Shown one piece after another: positions 18,320 to 27,354 of a stretch of DNA of 64,000 nt (positions within the stretch are counted from its first letter, which is position 1; each line of letters begins with the position of its first letter). The stretch is taken from IMG/VR virus record IMGVR_UViG_3300002220_000147. One strand, written 5' to 3'. The notes beneath the pieces were generated by a model. It saw nothing but the letters and a program-made list of their open reading frames with translations, was not told the origin of the DNA and made no database searches. Both the position numbers and the translations under genes were made by a program. The DNA comes from an uncultured virus (IMG/VR IMGVR_UViG_3300002220_000147). Lineage: Duplodnaviria; Heunggongvirae; Uroviricota; Caudoviricetes; Crassvirales.

Positions 18320-18468
18320 ATTTTTAAATCTATTACATTGTTAATAAATACTGCTTCTGATAAATCAAGTGATTTGGCAAATTCATTATACCAAGCTTCT
18401 GCTTGAGTATACTTAGGAACTATAATAACTACGTTAGCTACATCATTGACTTGTAATCGGTTTGTTCT
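18316..18468 (-). CDS. SF2 (DExH) helicase, exon 2; join(19908..18802,18468..18316)
   Basis: Splicing restores motif VI QKLG|RTNR; 419-aa product; stop codon overlaps the next ATG. Confidence 0.85.
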   Translation of the reverse strand, partial: RTNRLQVNDVANVVIIVPKYTQAEAWYNEFAKSLDLSEAVFINNVIDLKI

Positions 18469-18801
18469 CAAAATTAGTGTACTTTTTATGAAGATGAGAT
18501 TTCTTCAATACACATCTCACATTTCTGTAAGGATCGGACTATATCTTATTCTAAACTTTTTCAAAAAAATCTTATTGTCTCTTGCACATTCTTGTAAATA
18601 CCTCTTTGAAGATTTATATTTTATTGCCGCTATTTTTTTTGTTTAGAATGTTACCGTTTCCAAAATACTTTCTCAGGATATTCTGTACTCCCCCACAACA
18701 GGGGATAGTCTCTACACCTTCCTATAAATAGGCTTGGCTCGGTATTGCCTTCAACTTAATGGTCAGGTTTCACCGAATTAGATAACTGTGGGCGGAACTC
18801 C
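18469..18801 (-). mobile_element. group I self-splicing intron (333 nt), no ORF
   Basis: P1 TGGGT/GCCCA with U.G; P TAATTCGGTGAA, Q AATACCGAGCCAAG, R GTGTAGAGACTA, S AAGATATAGTCC; terminal G at 18469. Confidence 0.92.
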
Positions 18802-19908
18802 ACCCAATTTCTGTAAAAGGTCAGTAGGAGAGCTGTTGTAACTTTCTACAATAGCCCAATTAGCACCAATTAAGTTAAGACCTAACGATAAACTTCTAAC
18901 CGAAGATAATTCTTTAATAACTCCTCTATCAAAATCTTCAAGGAGCATTTTATTAGCTGATTCATCTTGTTTAGAGTGTACTGCATAAGCTGATAATTTA
19001 TTAGCTTGTGTAGTTAATTCAGAAAATAGTAATACTTTATTTTCAGATTGAGAGTTTAGAATTTTTTCTTTAATTTTAACTGCTATATCAGCACTGCTAC
19101 TTAAATTCCATAAGAATTCCTTACGATACTTAATAGCATTAAGATAAATCATTGCAGCACTTTTCTGACTACCAGTACCATTACCTTTCCAAGCCCAATC
19201 AGCAGCATCTCTAAACCAATCTGTACTACCTGTTTGAGCCATAAGGATTTGACCTTTTTTAATCTGTTGAGATAAATACTCATATTGAGTTTTCTCACCA
19301 ATAGTAAAAGGTTTCTTTTTAGTTCCTGCAATTACACTATAACTATCAGATAGTTCATATTGATAAACATAGTATCTTCTCTTGTTGATTAAACCATCTT
19401 CTGCACTATCATGGTATTCATAGATAATTGGTAATTTCTTATATAATACTGTTTCTTTAAATTCTTCAGTCTTATTAGGTGTACCAGTTAATCCTATTAC
19501 AGGAATGTCGTACTTAAGTGCAACTTCAATTAGGTTAAAATACTCTTGACCACACGTATGTACTTCATCATAGATTATCAAGTCAAGTTCTTGAATAGTA
19601 TATTCAGACCATTTATAACAAGTTTGAATATTCTCTGTAAGTATTCTAATAGGGATAGAGTTTTTCTCTACAACTAAATACATATTACCTGCATAAGCTG
19701 TAATTAACCATTTATCAAGCTCATTTATCCAATTAGACTTAAGATTAGTTCTTGGACTTGTTATTAGTACATTTTTAAAGTTGCCTTCTTTAATACAATC
19801 AATAGCAACTTTTGATTTACCTGTACCCATATCTAATACTATTACTCCTGTGTAATTATTAGAAATTAATTTTTCTTTTGCTGTTAATTGTACTTGTTCT
19901 CTTGTCAT
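18802..19908 (-). CDS. SF2 (DExH) helicase, exon 1
   Basis: MGTGKS Walker A, DEVH, GLTGTP, SLGLNL motifs. Confidence 0.9.
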
Positions 19909-19929
19909 ATTAATTTAATTTTTAAACTA

Positions 19930-19955
19930 AAGGAGAGGTTATTACACCTCTCCTT
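19930..19955 (-). terminator. intergenic hairpin / putative terminator
   Basis: AAGGAGAGGT/ACCTCTCCTT 10-bp stem. Confidence 0.6.
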
Positions 19956-19964
19956 AATTACTGA

Positions 19965-20969
19965 TTAGTTTTCATTAATAAAATCAATTAAACTTTTAGC
20001 AGTTTCTGTACCAAAAGCAACTCCTCTAATTTCAACATAAGAATTATTTTCATCTTCGAATTCTTCTGAAAATGCAATAAAATCCGCCAGAAAATGTAAT
20101 ACTCTTTGTTTATCTAAAGTAGTACATCCTATTAAAACATTATGATCTTCAACTGTTAGTTCATAATCTCCAAGGTTAAATACATTGAGAGGTTTAATAA
20201 TCTTAGAATATGCTTCAGCTTCAGATAAAGTTTTAAATGCTTTAAAACATTTACCTAATTTACTATCTTTATGAAACCAATCTGGATATTTATCAATAGT
20301 AATTTGTTTAAGATTTTCAAAACTTTCAGATTTGATAATTTTACACACATCCCCAATATTCATATTATCAGTATTAAACTTACAATGTTCTTTAAGAACT
20401 AAATAAGTATCTTTATCCCATTCTTTAGGTTGAATAGATTTGGCATATTCTTTAGCTTCATACAATGTAGCAAACCATTTAATTCCTCCAGAAGTTATAT
20501 ATCTGTTAATTAAATTCACTCCAATATCAGCATCATCTTTTATCCAAGCTAATCCATCATTAGCATAAATTTGATAAATTTTACCTTTGGTATATACTCC
20601 AGACCTAAACAAAGGATTTACTACTACAATATAACTACCAACATCCCAAACCTTGATGTTATGTTTATCCTTGTCAGGGTGTCCATTAGGATCAGGAATA
20701 TTTTGAGATTCAAACGCTTCCTTGGTTGAAGGACTAAACTGCATTGAAGGTATCACATAAGTACTATTTTCTTCTACATATACTCTACCATTTGTAGCTT
20801 TATAGATTTTACCTACCATAGTATTGTATAGCTCAGATACACATTTATAGTATTGCCATTCTTCTAGAACATCTTCAAACATTTCATCTACCCAATTCCA
20901 TACAACATCTATTCCTAAATCTCCTTTAACCCTTACTTTATCACCAGGGTTGTACTTTTCTTTGTTCAT
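19965..20969 (-). CDS. hypothetical protein with repeated SH3/KOW-like modules
   Basis: Repeats W.VGSYIV...FATLYEAKEYAKSI and WDKDTYLV...FKTLSEAEAYSKII. Confidence 0.6.
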   Translation of the reverse strand: MNKEKYNPGDKVRVKGDLGIDVVWNWVDEMFEDVLEEWQYYKCVSELYNTMVGKIYKATNGRVYVEENSTYVIPSMQFSPSTKEAFESQNIPDPNGHPDKDKHNIKVWDVGSYIVVVNPLFRSGVYTKGKIYQIYANDGLAWIKDDADIGVNLINRYITSGGIKWFATLYEAKEYAKSIQPKEWDKDTYLVLKEHCKFNTDNMNIGDVCKIIKSESFENLKQITIDKYPDWFHKDSKLGKCFKAFKTLSEAEAYSKIIKPLNVFNLGDYELTVEDHNVLIGCTTLDKQRVLHFLADFIAFSEEFEDENNSYVEIRGVAFGTETAKSLIDFINEN

Positions 20970-20990
20970 AATAATTGATTTTTAAGTTAA

Positions 20991-21242
20991 TTAATTTGGT
21001 TTATACCACTTGGTTAATTTATCTTCTACTTCATTAATTTCTTCTATAGATAACCCTTCACAATAAAATCTACTATACCCAAATTTAGTCTTAATCTGAC
21101 TATATTGGAAATTAGATTTCTTAATAAACTTTTGAAATTTATTATCTAACCATTCAATAAATTCTGAGTCAGATACAGCTAATCCATAATGTCCTTCTTC
21201 AAGATAATCATTATACTTATCATTAAATTCTTGTGTTGTCAT
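20991..21242 (-). CDS. hypothetical phage protein
   Basis: QIKTKFGYSRFY motif. Confidence 0.6.
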   Translation of the reverse strand: MTTQEFNDKYNDYLEEGHYGLAVSDSEFIEWLDNKFQKFIKKSNFQYSQIKTKFGYSRFYCEGLSIEEINEVEDKLTKWYKPN

Positions 21243-21559
21243 AATGAATCTTCAAATAATGTATTAAATTCTCCTAATCTAAAATATTTATATAACCAAA
21301 TAAATGGTGCAATAATTGGCATAAAAAGAAATCCTACCCCTTCTATAAAATCTTCTTTCCAATCTGAACTTCCAAATGCAGTAAGCATACTTCCAAATGC
21401 CATTAATACTACAAATATTCCACCAAACAGGCTAAATGCAAATAGTTGGAATATAAACCACCATATAAATATAATAGGAAATAATACAATTCTCCAGAAT
21501 ATAGTTAAATGAATTACTTCTTTTTTTGGGGTGTTAATGTATTTAAAAAATTCTTTCAT
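21239..21559 (-). CDS. membrane protein
   Basis: Two to three hydrophobic segments. Confidence 0.6.
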   Translation of the reverse strand: MKEFFKYINTPKKEVIHLTIFWRIVLFPIIFIWWFIFQLFAFSLFGGIFVVLMAFGSMLTAFGSSDWKEDFIEGVGFLFMPIIAPFIWLYKYFRLGEFNTLFEDSL

Positions 21560-21564
21560 AATAT

Positions 21565-21936
21565 TTAAGTTTCTAAAAGTTTATCAATATGGTTGTAAAT
21601 TAACTGAGTAGAGTAACTTGTACTATCTCTTCCTAAGAAATAATAAGGTCTGAAAGTAGCTACAGGAGCTATATAAGGTTCCATAATGAATCCATATTTA
21701 GAGATCATAATTTCTGTTACATCCCCTAATAAACTATCTATTCCTATACCATCAGTGTCTTTATAAGTAAATCCATAATCTTCACTTTGATATTTATCCC
21801 AATCTTTCTTAATAGCTAATGCAAAACATTCTGCTGCCATTTCATCAAATTCTATTTGTTGGAATAATTTCTCATGGAGAAGTATTTCACTTGTAGAACT
21901 TTCATAATCATAAGTAGATATTTCGTATTTATACAT
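21565..21936 (-). CDS. hypothetical protein
   Basis: Co-oriented ORF. Confidence 0.55.
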   Translation of the reverse strand: MYKYEISTYDYESSTSEILLHEKLFQQIEFDEMAAECFALAIKKDWDKYQSEDYGFTYKDTDGIGIDSLLGDVTEIMISKYGFIMEPYIAPVATFRPYYFLGRDSTSYSTQLIYNHIDKLLET

Positions 21937-21948
21937 AATGTTTAGGTT

Positions 21949-23784
21949 TTAATCAGTCCAATAATCTGATATCACAGAATCTACTTTGACTGGAATTGAT
22001 TTAATAATTATTTGTGCTGCTTTAATCATAGTATCTTCAAGTATAGGTTTCCAAGTATCTACAAAATCTTCCCTGCATTCAGTAAGAATTTCATCGTGAA
22101 TTGTCAATAATATATTTACAGGGTAGTTATTTTTATCAATAATATCCTGTAAATAAATTAATGCTTGTTTAGTAGTGTTGGCATTTATTCCCTGAGGAAT
22201 AGAATTTTTACTTGCTCTCTCTACTTCACCAATAGTTTTATAATCATCTCTGTCTAATTTAGGAAACCATCTAATTCTCTTATAGTACAGATCTGTTCGT
22301 ATATAACCATATCTGACACCTGTTTTAGCTAATAGGTTTAAGAAGGATTCTACTTTTGGAACTTTGCTGAAAAATCTTTTAATAATTTTATCTGCTTCAT
22401 TTACAGGTATTTGGGCTGTATCAGAAAACTTAAATTTAGACATTCCGTAACTTAAACCAAAATTCAAAGTTTTCTGTAAAAATCTGTAACTTATATCAGG
22501 TTTAGGTGGAAAAGGTTTTTTAACATCTTCAATTGGTATATCAAATGTTTCAGCACATAATATAGAATGTAAATCTTCATCTTCCCTAAATGTTTTTAAC
22601 CATAGATTATCCTGAGATAGCTCAGCAATTATTCTGAGCTCAAATCCTGCGTAATCAGCAGATACAAATTTATATCCTTCTCTTGCTTTAAAACAAGCCT
22701 TAATCTTTCTACCTAATTCACTATGAGAAGGTATTTGTTGTAGATTAGGCTCACTCATGCTTATTCTACCAGTTTTAAGTATCTGCCAGATATTACTATG
22801 AATTGCCTGTGTTGCCGGATTAATAAATGTTAATAATTCTTTACCAAAACTGCTTGTTAATTTAGAAAATTTAGAATATTCAATAAATAATGGAATGATT
22901 TTATGTTGAGTTTTATTTTTCTGTAATGTTTTATCATCTACACTTGTTACTTTTATACCTAAATTGTTAAGTATTTGCGTTTTCTGAGCAGGACTACTCC
23001 AATTAATCAGAGTATCTCTTACTTCAGAGAACATATCAAGTTGTACTTTTGTATATTTTTTAAATGACGGTTTGTTAATAGCTTCTTCAATTATTATATC
23101 ATCAAGTTGTTGTATTAAATCAGTATTTATTACAGCTAATTCATCCGTTACTTCTTTTAATTTAGGTTTATCAAATGATATACCCGTGTAATGCATTTTA
23201 GCAAATACTCTTACTACCTTATTTTCAAGCTCTAAAACTTTTCTTAAATCCCATTTATCAATTTCAACTAATTGAGCATTCATAATGTCTTCTAAGTACC
23301 TAATATCTTTTGCTGAATACTCAATTACAGCTTCAGTTAATCCTTTATGAATATCTCCTCTTACAGATTTATCCATTTCTATATTACAGTATTTTTTTAC
23401 TACTCCTTTAAGAGACAGTTCCCTGTCTTCTGTATCATAACCCGTAGTTAATATACATTCAGCTAAGAAAGTATCATATATGTTCTTAATATCAATTCCA
23501 TTATGATATAGGAATTTCCAGTCAAACATTGCATTATGTATTAGTATTGTTGTAGACTCTAATATATCTTTCAATGGTGATATATCTGTAGTTAAACAAT
23601 CTATTACAAATTGTTTGTTTTTATCACCTACCTGAAGTAATAATAACTTTTTAGTATATGTGTCAAATCCTTGAGTTTCAGTATCAAGTGATATATAATC
23701 AAGATCTTTTAAATACTCAGTACATTCTATAATGGAAGAAGATGGGAAAGAATCCCACCTTCTTTCTCCTATATATATAATCAT
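21949..23784 (-). CDS. polA: DNA polymerase family A (3'-5' exonuclease + polymerase)
   Basis: DTET, HNAMFD, YSAKD exonuclease motifs; TGRIS..PNLQQIP, ADYAGFELRI, KTLNFGLSYG, TIHDE. Confidence 0.96.
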   Translation of the reverse strand: MIIYIGERRWDSFPSSSIIECTEYLKDLDYISLDTETQGFDTYTKKLLLLQVGDKNKQFVIDCLTTDISPLKDILESTTILIHNAMFDWKFLYHNGIDIKNIYDTFLAECILTTGYDTEDRELSLKGVVKKYCNIEMDKSVRGDIHKGLTEAVIEYSAKDIRYLEDIMNAQLVEIDKWDLRKVLELENKVVRVFAKMHYTGISFDKPKLKEVTDELAVINTDLIQQLDDIIIEEAINKPSFKKYTKVQLDMFSEVRDTLINWSSPAQKTQILNNLGIKVTSVDDKTLQKNKTQHKIIPLFIEYSKFSKLTSSFGKELLTFINPATQAIHSNIWQILKTGRISMSEPNLQQIPSHSELGRKIKACFKAREGYKFVSADYAGFELRIIAELSQDNLWLKTFREDEDLHSILCAETFDIPIEDVKKPFPPKPDISYRFLQKTLNFGLSYGMSKFKFSDTAQIPVNEADKIIKRFFSKVPKVESFLNLLAKTGVRYGYIRTDLYYKRIRWFPKLDRDDYKTIGEVERASKNSIPQGINANTTKQALIYLQDIIDKNNYPVNILLTIHDEILTECREDFVDTWKPILEDTMIKAAQIIIKSIPVKVDSVISDYWTD

Positions 23785-24062
23785 ATTTTTACATGAAATA
23801 AATTAAGTTCACTTGTATGTACAATTTCATCTCCAAATTGTCTATGTACTTTTATTTTCCATACAGTATGTTCGGATACTACATAAAATACAGATAAAAT
23901 AGTAGCAGAATAATATCTGTTATCTTCCCTGCTTAAATAGAATACTGTTTGTCCTGGACTTAAGTTGTCTCTGAATTTAGCTAACTCATCCATATATTTA
24001 AAATAAAAGTATATAAATATTATGCTTATAATTAAAGAAACAACTACTATTATCTGTACCAT
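23781..24062 (-). CDS. membrane-anchored hypothetical protein
   Basis: N-terminal transmembrane helix. Confidence 0.55.
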   Translation of the reverse strand: MVQIIVVVSLIISIIFIYFYFKYMDELAKFRDNLSPGQTVFYLSREDNRYYSATILSVFYVVSEHTVWKIKVHRQFGDEIVHTSELNLFHVKI

Positions 24063-24202
24063 TAGTATTCAATTTTAGTTATTTTACCACATTCTCTGCA
24101 TATTAAAACTTCAGTAGTTCTATTAGCACGAAAATCTGTATTTTTATTATGACTAGTCCATTTATGTAAACACATAAACTTATCAATAAATCTTTTTACC
24201 AT
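24062..24202 (-). CDS. small Zn-finger protein (46 aa, not in the ORF track)
   Basis: MVKRFIDKFMCLHKW...ICRECGK; abuts both neighbours. Confidence 0.5.
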   Translation of the reverse strand: MVKRFIDKFMCLHKWTSHNKNTDFRANRTTEVLICRECGKITKIEY

Positions 24203-24591
24203 TATATTTTCTTTTTTAAAATGAATACATTGGATTCTTTGTTTAATTTTATTTCAATAACTATATTTTTTGTATACCACCACCATGTAGTAGTATTTTT
24301 CTTAAACATTAAATCATTATTGTCAAAATTTTTTATAAATACTTTAGTTACTTCTAAATCTATAGGTATTATATAGAAATAGATACAAATTTCAACATTG
24401 TTAAAAACATATATTGTTTTAAAAGAATCGTTTTCTACATAAAGATAGTATCCCCAATCTGAATCGTACAATTCTTGTGGTACAATATTCTCACCTATTA
24501 AATGTTTTACAATCTCTTCCTTAGTGTTTCCTATATGTTGTGAAAATGATAACATAGGAATAAACAATAGTATTAAAAATATCTTTTTCAT
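24202..24591 (-). CDS. secreted hypothetical protein
   Basis: Bacteroidota-type signal peptide MKKIFLILLFIPMLSFS-Q. Confidence 0.65.
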   Translation of the reverse strand: MKKIFLILLFIPMLSFSQHIGNTKEEIVKHLIGENIVPQELYDSDWGYYLYVENDSFKTIYVFNNVEICIYFYIIPIDLEVTKVFIKNFDNNDLMFKKNTTTWWWYTKNIVIEIKLNKESNVFILKKKI

Positions 24592-24623
24592 GAGTGTTAG
24601 TTTTAGATTAGGATAATTAAATA

Positions 24624-24655
24624 AAAACAGTCCCCCAATAATGAGGGACTGTTTT
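24624..24655 (-). terminator. putative intrinsic terminator
   Basis: AAAACAGTCCC/GGGACTGTTTT inverted repeat downstream of 24674..25066. Confidence 0.7.
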
Positions 24656-24673
24656 ACTTAATTAAATTAACAA

Positions 24674-25066
24674 TTATGAACGGATTTCTCCAGTTCCTGC
24701 AAATGCTTCTGCAGTCTGAACAGACTCAGTTGCATCATCAAAATCAGATATATCTGCATAACCAGCACCAGCAACAAGGTGTGACATTTGGATATACGGA
24801 GTAAGTTTACCGTCTGCATTAGGAGCAATGGTTACTACGCAAAGATAAGATTCACCTATGGTGAGTTCACCTTTACTGTAGTTACCTTCATAAATAGCTG
24901 CACTTGCCTGTACGACTACTCCTTTGGTATTTTCAAAAGCAACTTGGGCAATTCTGTAATTTTTGCCATTGCTATTGGTTAATACTGTAGCCCCCAGAGG
25001 AGCTACTAATTGTGCATTAAACTGGAACCTGGTGTGTCCTTTAGGACTGTTTTCAATTCTTTTCAT
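24674..25066 (-). CDS. hypothetical protein (possibly OB-fold)
   Basis: Beta-rich, NSNGKNYRIA motif, acidic C-tail; followed by a terminator. Confidence 0.6.
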   Translation of the reverse strand: MKRIENSPKGHTRFQFNAQLVAPLGATVLTNSNGKNYRIAQVAFENTKGVVVQASAAIYEGNYSKGELTIGESYLCVVTIAPNADGKLTPYIQMSHLVAGAGYADISDFDDATESVQTAEAFAGTGEIRS

Positions 25067-25169
25067 CGTTTATTCGATTTAAAGGATTTAATTGATTTTT
25101 TCCTGTATTATTCTGAAGGCTCAACAGGATAAATTGCCTTTTTATTTTTGTTCATTGATTTAAGATTAC

Positions 25170-25480
25170 CTTATAAACTTCTTTAGCATTCTACTTCCCG
25201 CTAACAGAAATTGTATCTTACTTAGCCCTACTGTGCGGTACGGGTACTAAAGTTTAGTTTATAGTAAGTACAATAAATCTTCTGACCGTGTGCCCACGGA
25301 ATAGGTTTGTTTTCATCTCCCCAACTCTTTAGTTGGGTGAGTTTGCCTTCAGTCTTAACCTACTAACCTATCTATCCACAAACAACAACCCTTGCAAGGG
25401 GTTTATAACAAGGTGTTTAAACCGCTCCCTCCGTTCACGCAGGTCGTGAGTACGGCTCATGTATTTGTTTGCTTCAATCA
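25170..25480 (-). ncRNA. candidate structured non-coding RNA
   Basis: ORF-free, GC-richer than its flanks; hairpins TCACG/CGTGA, AACCC/GGGTT, CCCAACT/AGTTGGG, CCGTG/CACGG, ATAGGTT/AACCTAT. Confidence 0.45.
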
Positions 25481-25503
25481 GAAAATTTAAAAGAACTTAA
25501 TTC

Positions 25504-25625
25504 AGCTGTCTTGCGGGAATTTCACCCGCACGCTTCCGCACTCCTGCGCTGAATCATTTTATGTTTAAAGTGAGGATCTGAAAACCTCATATGCAGTTTT
25601 TCATTGCTTATGCACTCAGACAGCT
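25504..25625 (-). ncRNA. tRNA-like cloverleaf element (122 nt) with UCA centred in the anticodon-like loop
   Basis: 8-bp closing stem AGCTGTCT/AGACAGCT, D-like GTGCA/TGCAT, TGAGG-TTTTCAGAT-CCTCA, T-arm GCGGG-TGAAATT-CCCGC. Confidence 0.45.
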
Positions 25626-25633
25626 TTGTTTTA

Positions 25634-25793
25634 TGGTAAGTGTACAGGATTTGAACCTGTGAATTCCTTCAATATTTGCTTCTCTACTAAGAATCATCGG
25701 TTTACATCCATGAGCAAAAGATCAAGAAGTTTACCCTTAATCAATCATATCGGATTCCACCAACCCCTTCAGCCGTACTTGGGTAACACTTAC
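25634..25793 (-). tRNA. oversized tRNA-Ser-like element (~160 nt) with degenerate anticodon arm and long insertion
   Basis: GTAAGTGT/ACACTTAC acceptor; Ser-type D arm TACCCAAGTACGGCTGAAGGG; T arm ACAGG-TTCAAAT-CCTGT; ends ...ACCA. Confidence 0.55.
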
Positions 25794-25830
25794 TTTAATT
25801 AACCTAAAACCAACTACCACATTGGTACGT

Positions 25831-26127
25831 TTATTTCACTTCTATGAATTCATCTTTAATGCTATCCAAAATTAACTTTAAGATAAATGGATTCTTTATC
25901 TCTATAAGAGAATCTGGCCCATCTTCCTTTAAACTAGAATACATCTTTACTTTATAAAAGGTAGAGTATTTCATCACTTTAATTCCGTGATAAATAATAC
26001 TGTTGACAGATAGTTCTGTACCTTCTATAACAGGAGTTTCATATTTAGTTAACTCTTTCCATATAGCCTTTTTAAGACCTATTATGGAAGTTTTGCTTAA
26101 ATTATTTCTGTATTTATAGTTTAGCAT
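25831..26127 (-). CDS. hypothetical protein
   Basis: Co-oriented ORF. Confidence 0.55.
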   Translation of the reverse strand: MLNYKYRNNLSKTSIIGLKKAIWKELTKYETPVIEGTELSVNSIIYHGIKVMKYSTFYKVKMYSSLKEDGPDSLIEIKNPFILKLILDSIKDEFIEVK

Positions 26128-26159
26128 AATTATTGATTTAAGTTTTAAGGTTAAGAAAA

Positions 26160-26197
26160 AATAGAGAGTCTTTAAAATACCCGAAAGACTCTCTATT
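26160..26197 (-). terminator. putative intrinsic terminator
   Basis: AATAGAGAGTCTTT/AAAGACTCTCTATT stem with a U-tract on the minus strand. Confidence 0.7.
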
Positions 26198-26214
26198 GAT
26201 AAATATGTTGAGCA

Positions 26215-26547
26215 CTATTTAAGTAATATGCTCAATTGATTGAAGGTAAACAGTTTTACAACTGCACCCCTCTTCTCTGCTTTCCAATTGGAACCAAATT
26301 TCTTTTTCATAGAATTGGCATATTCTTTTTTGGCAAGCTTTATTTCTTCACGAGTATTTCTTTCGTGAATAATAGGTTTAAGAGGAACCCTTTGACCTGA
26401 TTTGACCATAAACTCATCTAATGGCATTAACTGTCCATTGACAAGCATTACTCTATCATACCAAATGTAATGTTTCTTTCCAGCAACAATAAATTCTTTT
26501 TTTACTGATGTGAAAATATAATCACTTAATTTATTTTGTGTATTCAT
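26215..26547 (-). CDS. hypothetical protein
   Basis: Co-oriented basic ORF. Confidence 0.55.
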   Translation of the reverse strand: MNTQNKLSDYIFTSVKKEFIVAGKKHYIWYDRVMLVNGQLMPLDEFMVKSGQRVPLKPIIHERNTREEIKLAKKEYANSMKKKFGSNWKAEKRGAVVKLFTFNQLSILLK

Positions 26548-26566
26548 GATTTCTAGGATTTACTGT

Positions 26567-27088
26567 TTAAAATGAAATGTGTGTGTAAGTTGAAGTTAAA
26601 GAATTAAGAGTAAATCCATTCAATTGAAGATTGAAAATGGGCTCTTGTTTTTCCATATTCTTTTCAAATATGTTTTTACAGCTTCCATATACGGAATGTC
26701 CTAAAACTCCAGATGCGTGTGAATTGTTTTTTAACGCTTCGAATTTTAAATACTTGTACCAACGATCCCTGATTTGCATTTGTGTTCTGTTCAGTTCCAA
26801 TGCAGCTTCTTTAAAAGCCAGTCGATAATTAGTAGGTATTCTATTCATTGTTCTCAAAATCAAAACATCTTCTTCATCAGTAAATTGTTTTTCTTGTGCT
26901 TTTGAGTTGCAAAAGTCTTTGTATTTTAGGTAAAGTCTTTGTTCAATAGCTCTTACACTTCTTCCTGGAAGATTTTCAGAAATAAGTTTTGCTAATTCGG
27001 TAATGCTAAGATTTGAAAAGTTATGCATAATAGCAAGAATTTTCAAATCTTCTTCTTTACTGTATTTTTTAGGCTTACCTCTTCTCAT
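26567..27088 (-). CDS. protein with two Myb/SANT-like HTH repeats
   Basis: YSKEEDLKIL...LPGRSVRAIEQRLY and FTDEEDVLIL...LNRTQMQIRDRWY. Confidence 0.75.
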   Translation of the reverse strand: MRRGKPKKYSKEEDLKILAIMHNFSNLSITELAKLISENLPGRSVRAIEQRLYLKYKDFCNSKAQEKQFTDEEDVLILRTMNRIPTNYRLAFKEAALELNRTQMQIRDRWYKYLKFEALKNNSHASGVLGHSVYGSCKNIFEKNMEKQEPIFNLQLNGFTLNSLTSTYTHISF

Positions 27089-27234
27089 TTTATTTACCTC
27101 TATACAGGATTTAATTAGTGTATAGCCTTAATTACAATCATATTGATTGTCAGTCAACCAGTTACCTTTAGTAATGTTCTTCATTACCGTCATCATATTG
27201 CATATCGCAATATGGAATTCACTGGATTTTATTG

Positions 27235-27354
27235 TGATTACGACAGGATTCGAACCTGTAATTGTGAGCCTTCAGTAATATGCAACAGCTCAACCTTGCT
27301 TCCACTCCTAGAAATGCATATTTTAAGTGTGTATACCAATTCCACCACGTAATC
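27235..27354 (-). tRNA. oversized tRNA-Leu-like element (120 nt) with non-canonical anticodon region
   Basis: Acceptor GATTACG/CGTAATC + A; Leu-type D arm TGGTGGAATTGGTATACAC; T arm ACAGG-TTCGAAT-CCTGT; central ~68 nt contain an AATATGCA/TGCATATT stem. Confidence 0.55.

Noticed and set aside
18446..18646. Plus-strand 66-aa ORF
   Set aside because: Antisense to the group I intron core
27158..27226. Hammerhead ribozyme
   Set aside because: A three-way junction is present, but the core reads ATGATGAC/TAAA rather than CTGANGA/GAAA
27143..27352. Plus-strand 69-aa ORF
   Set aside because: Antisense to the tRNA-like element and against the local gene direction
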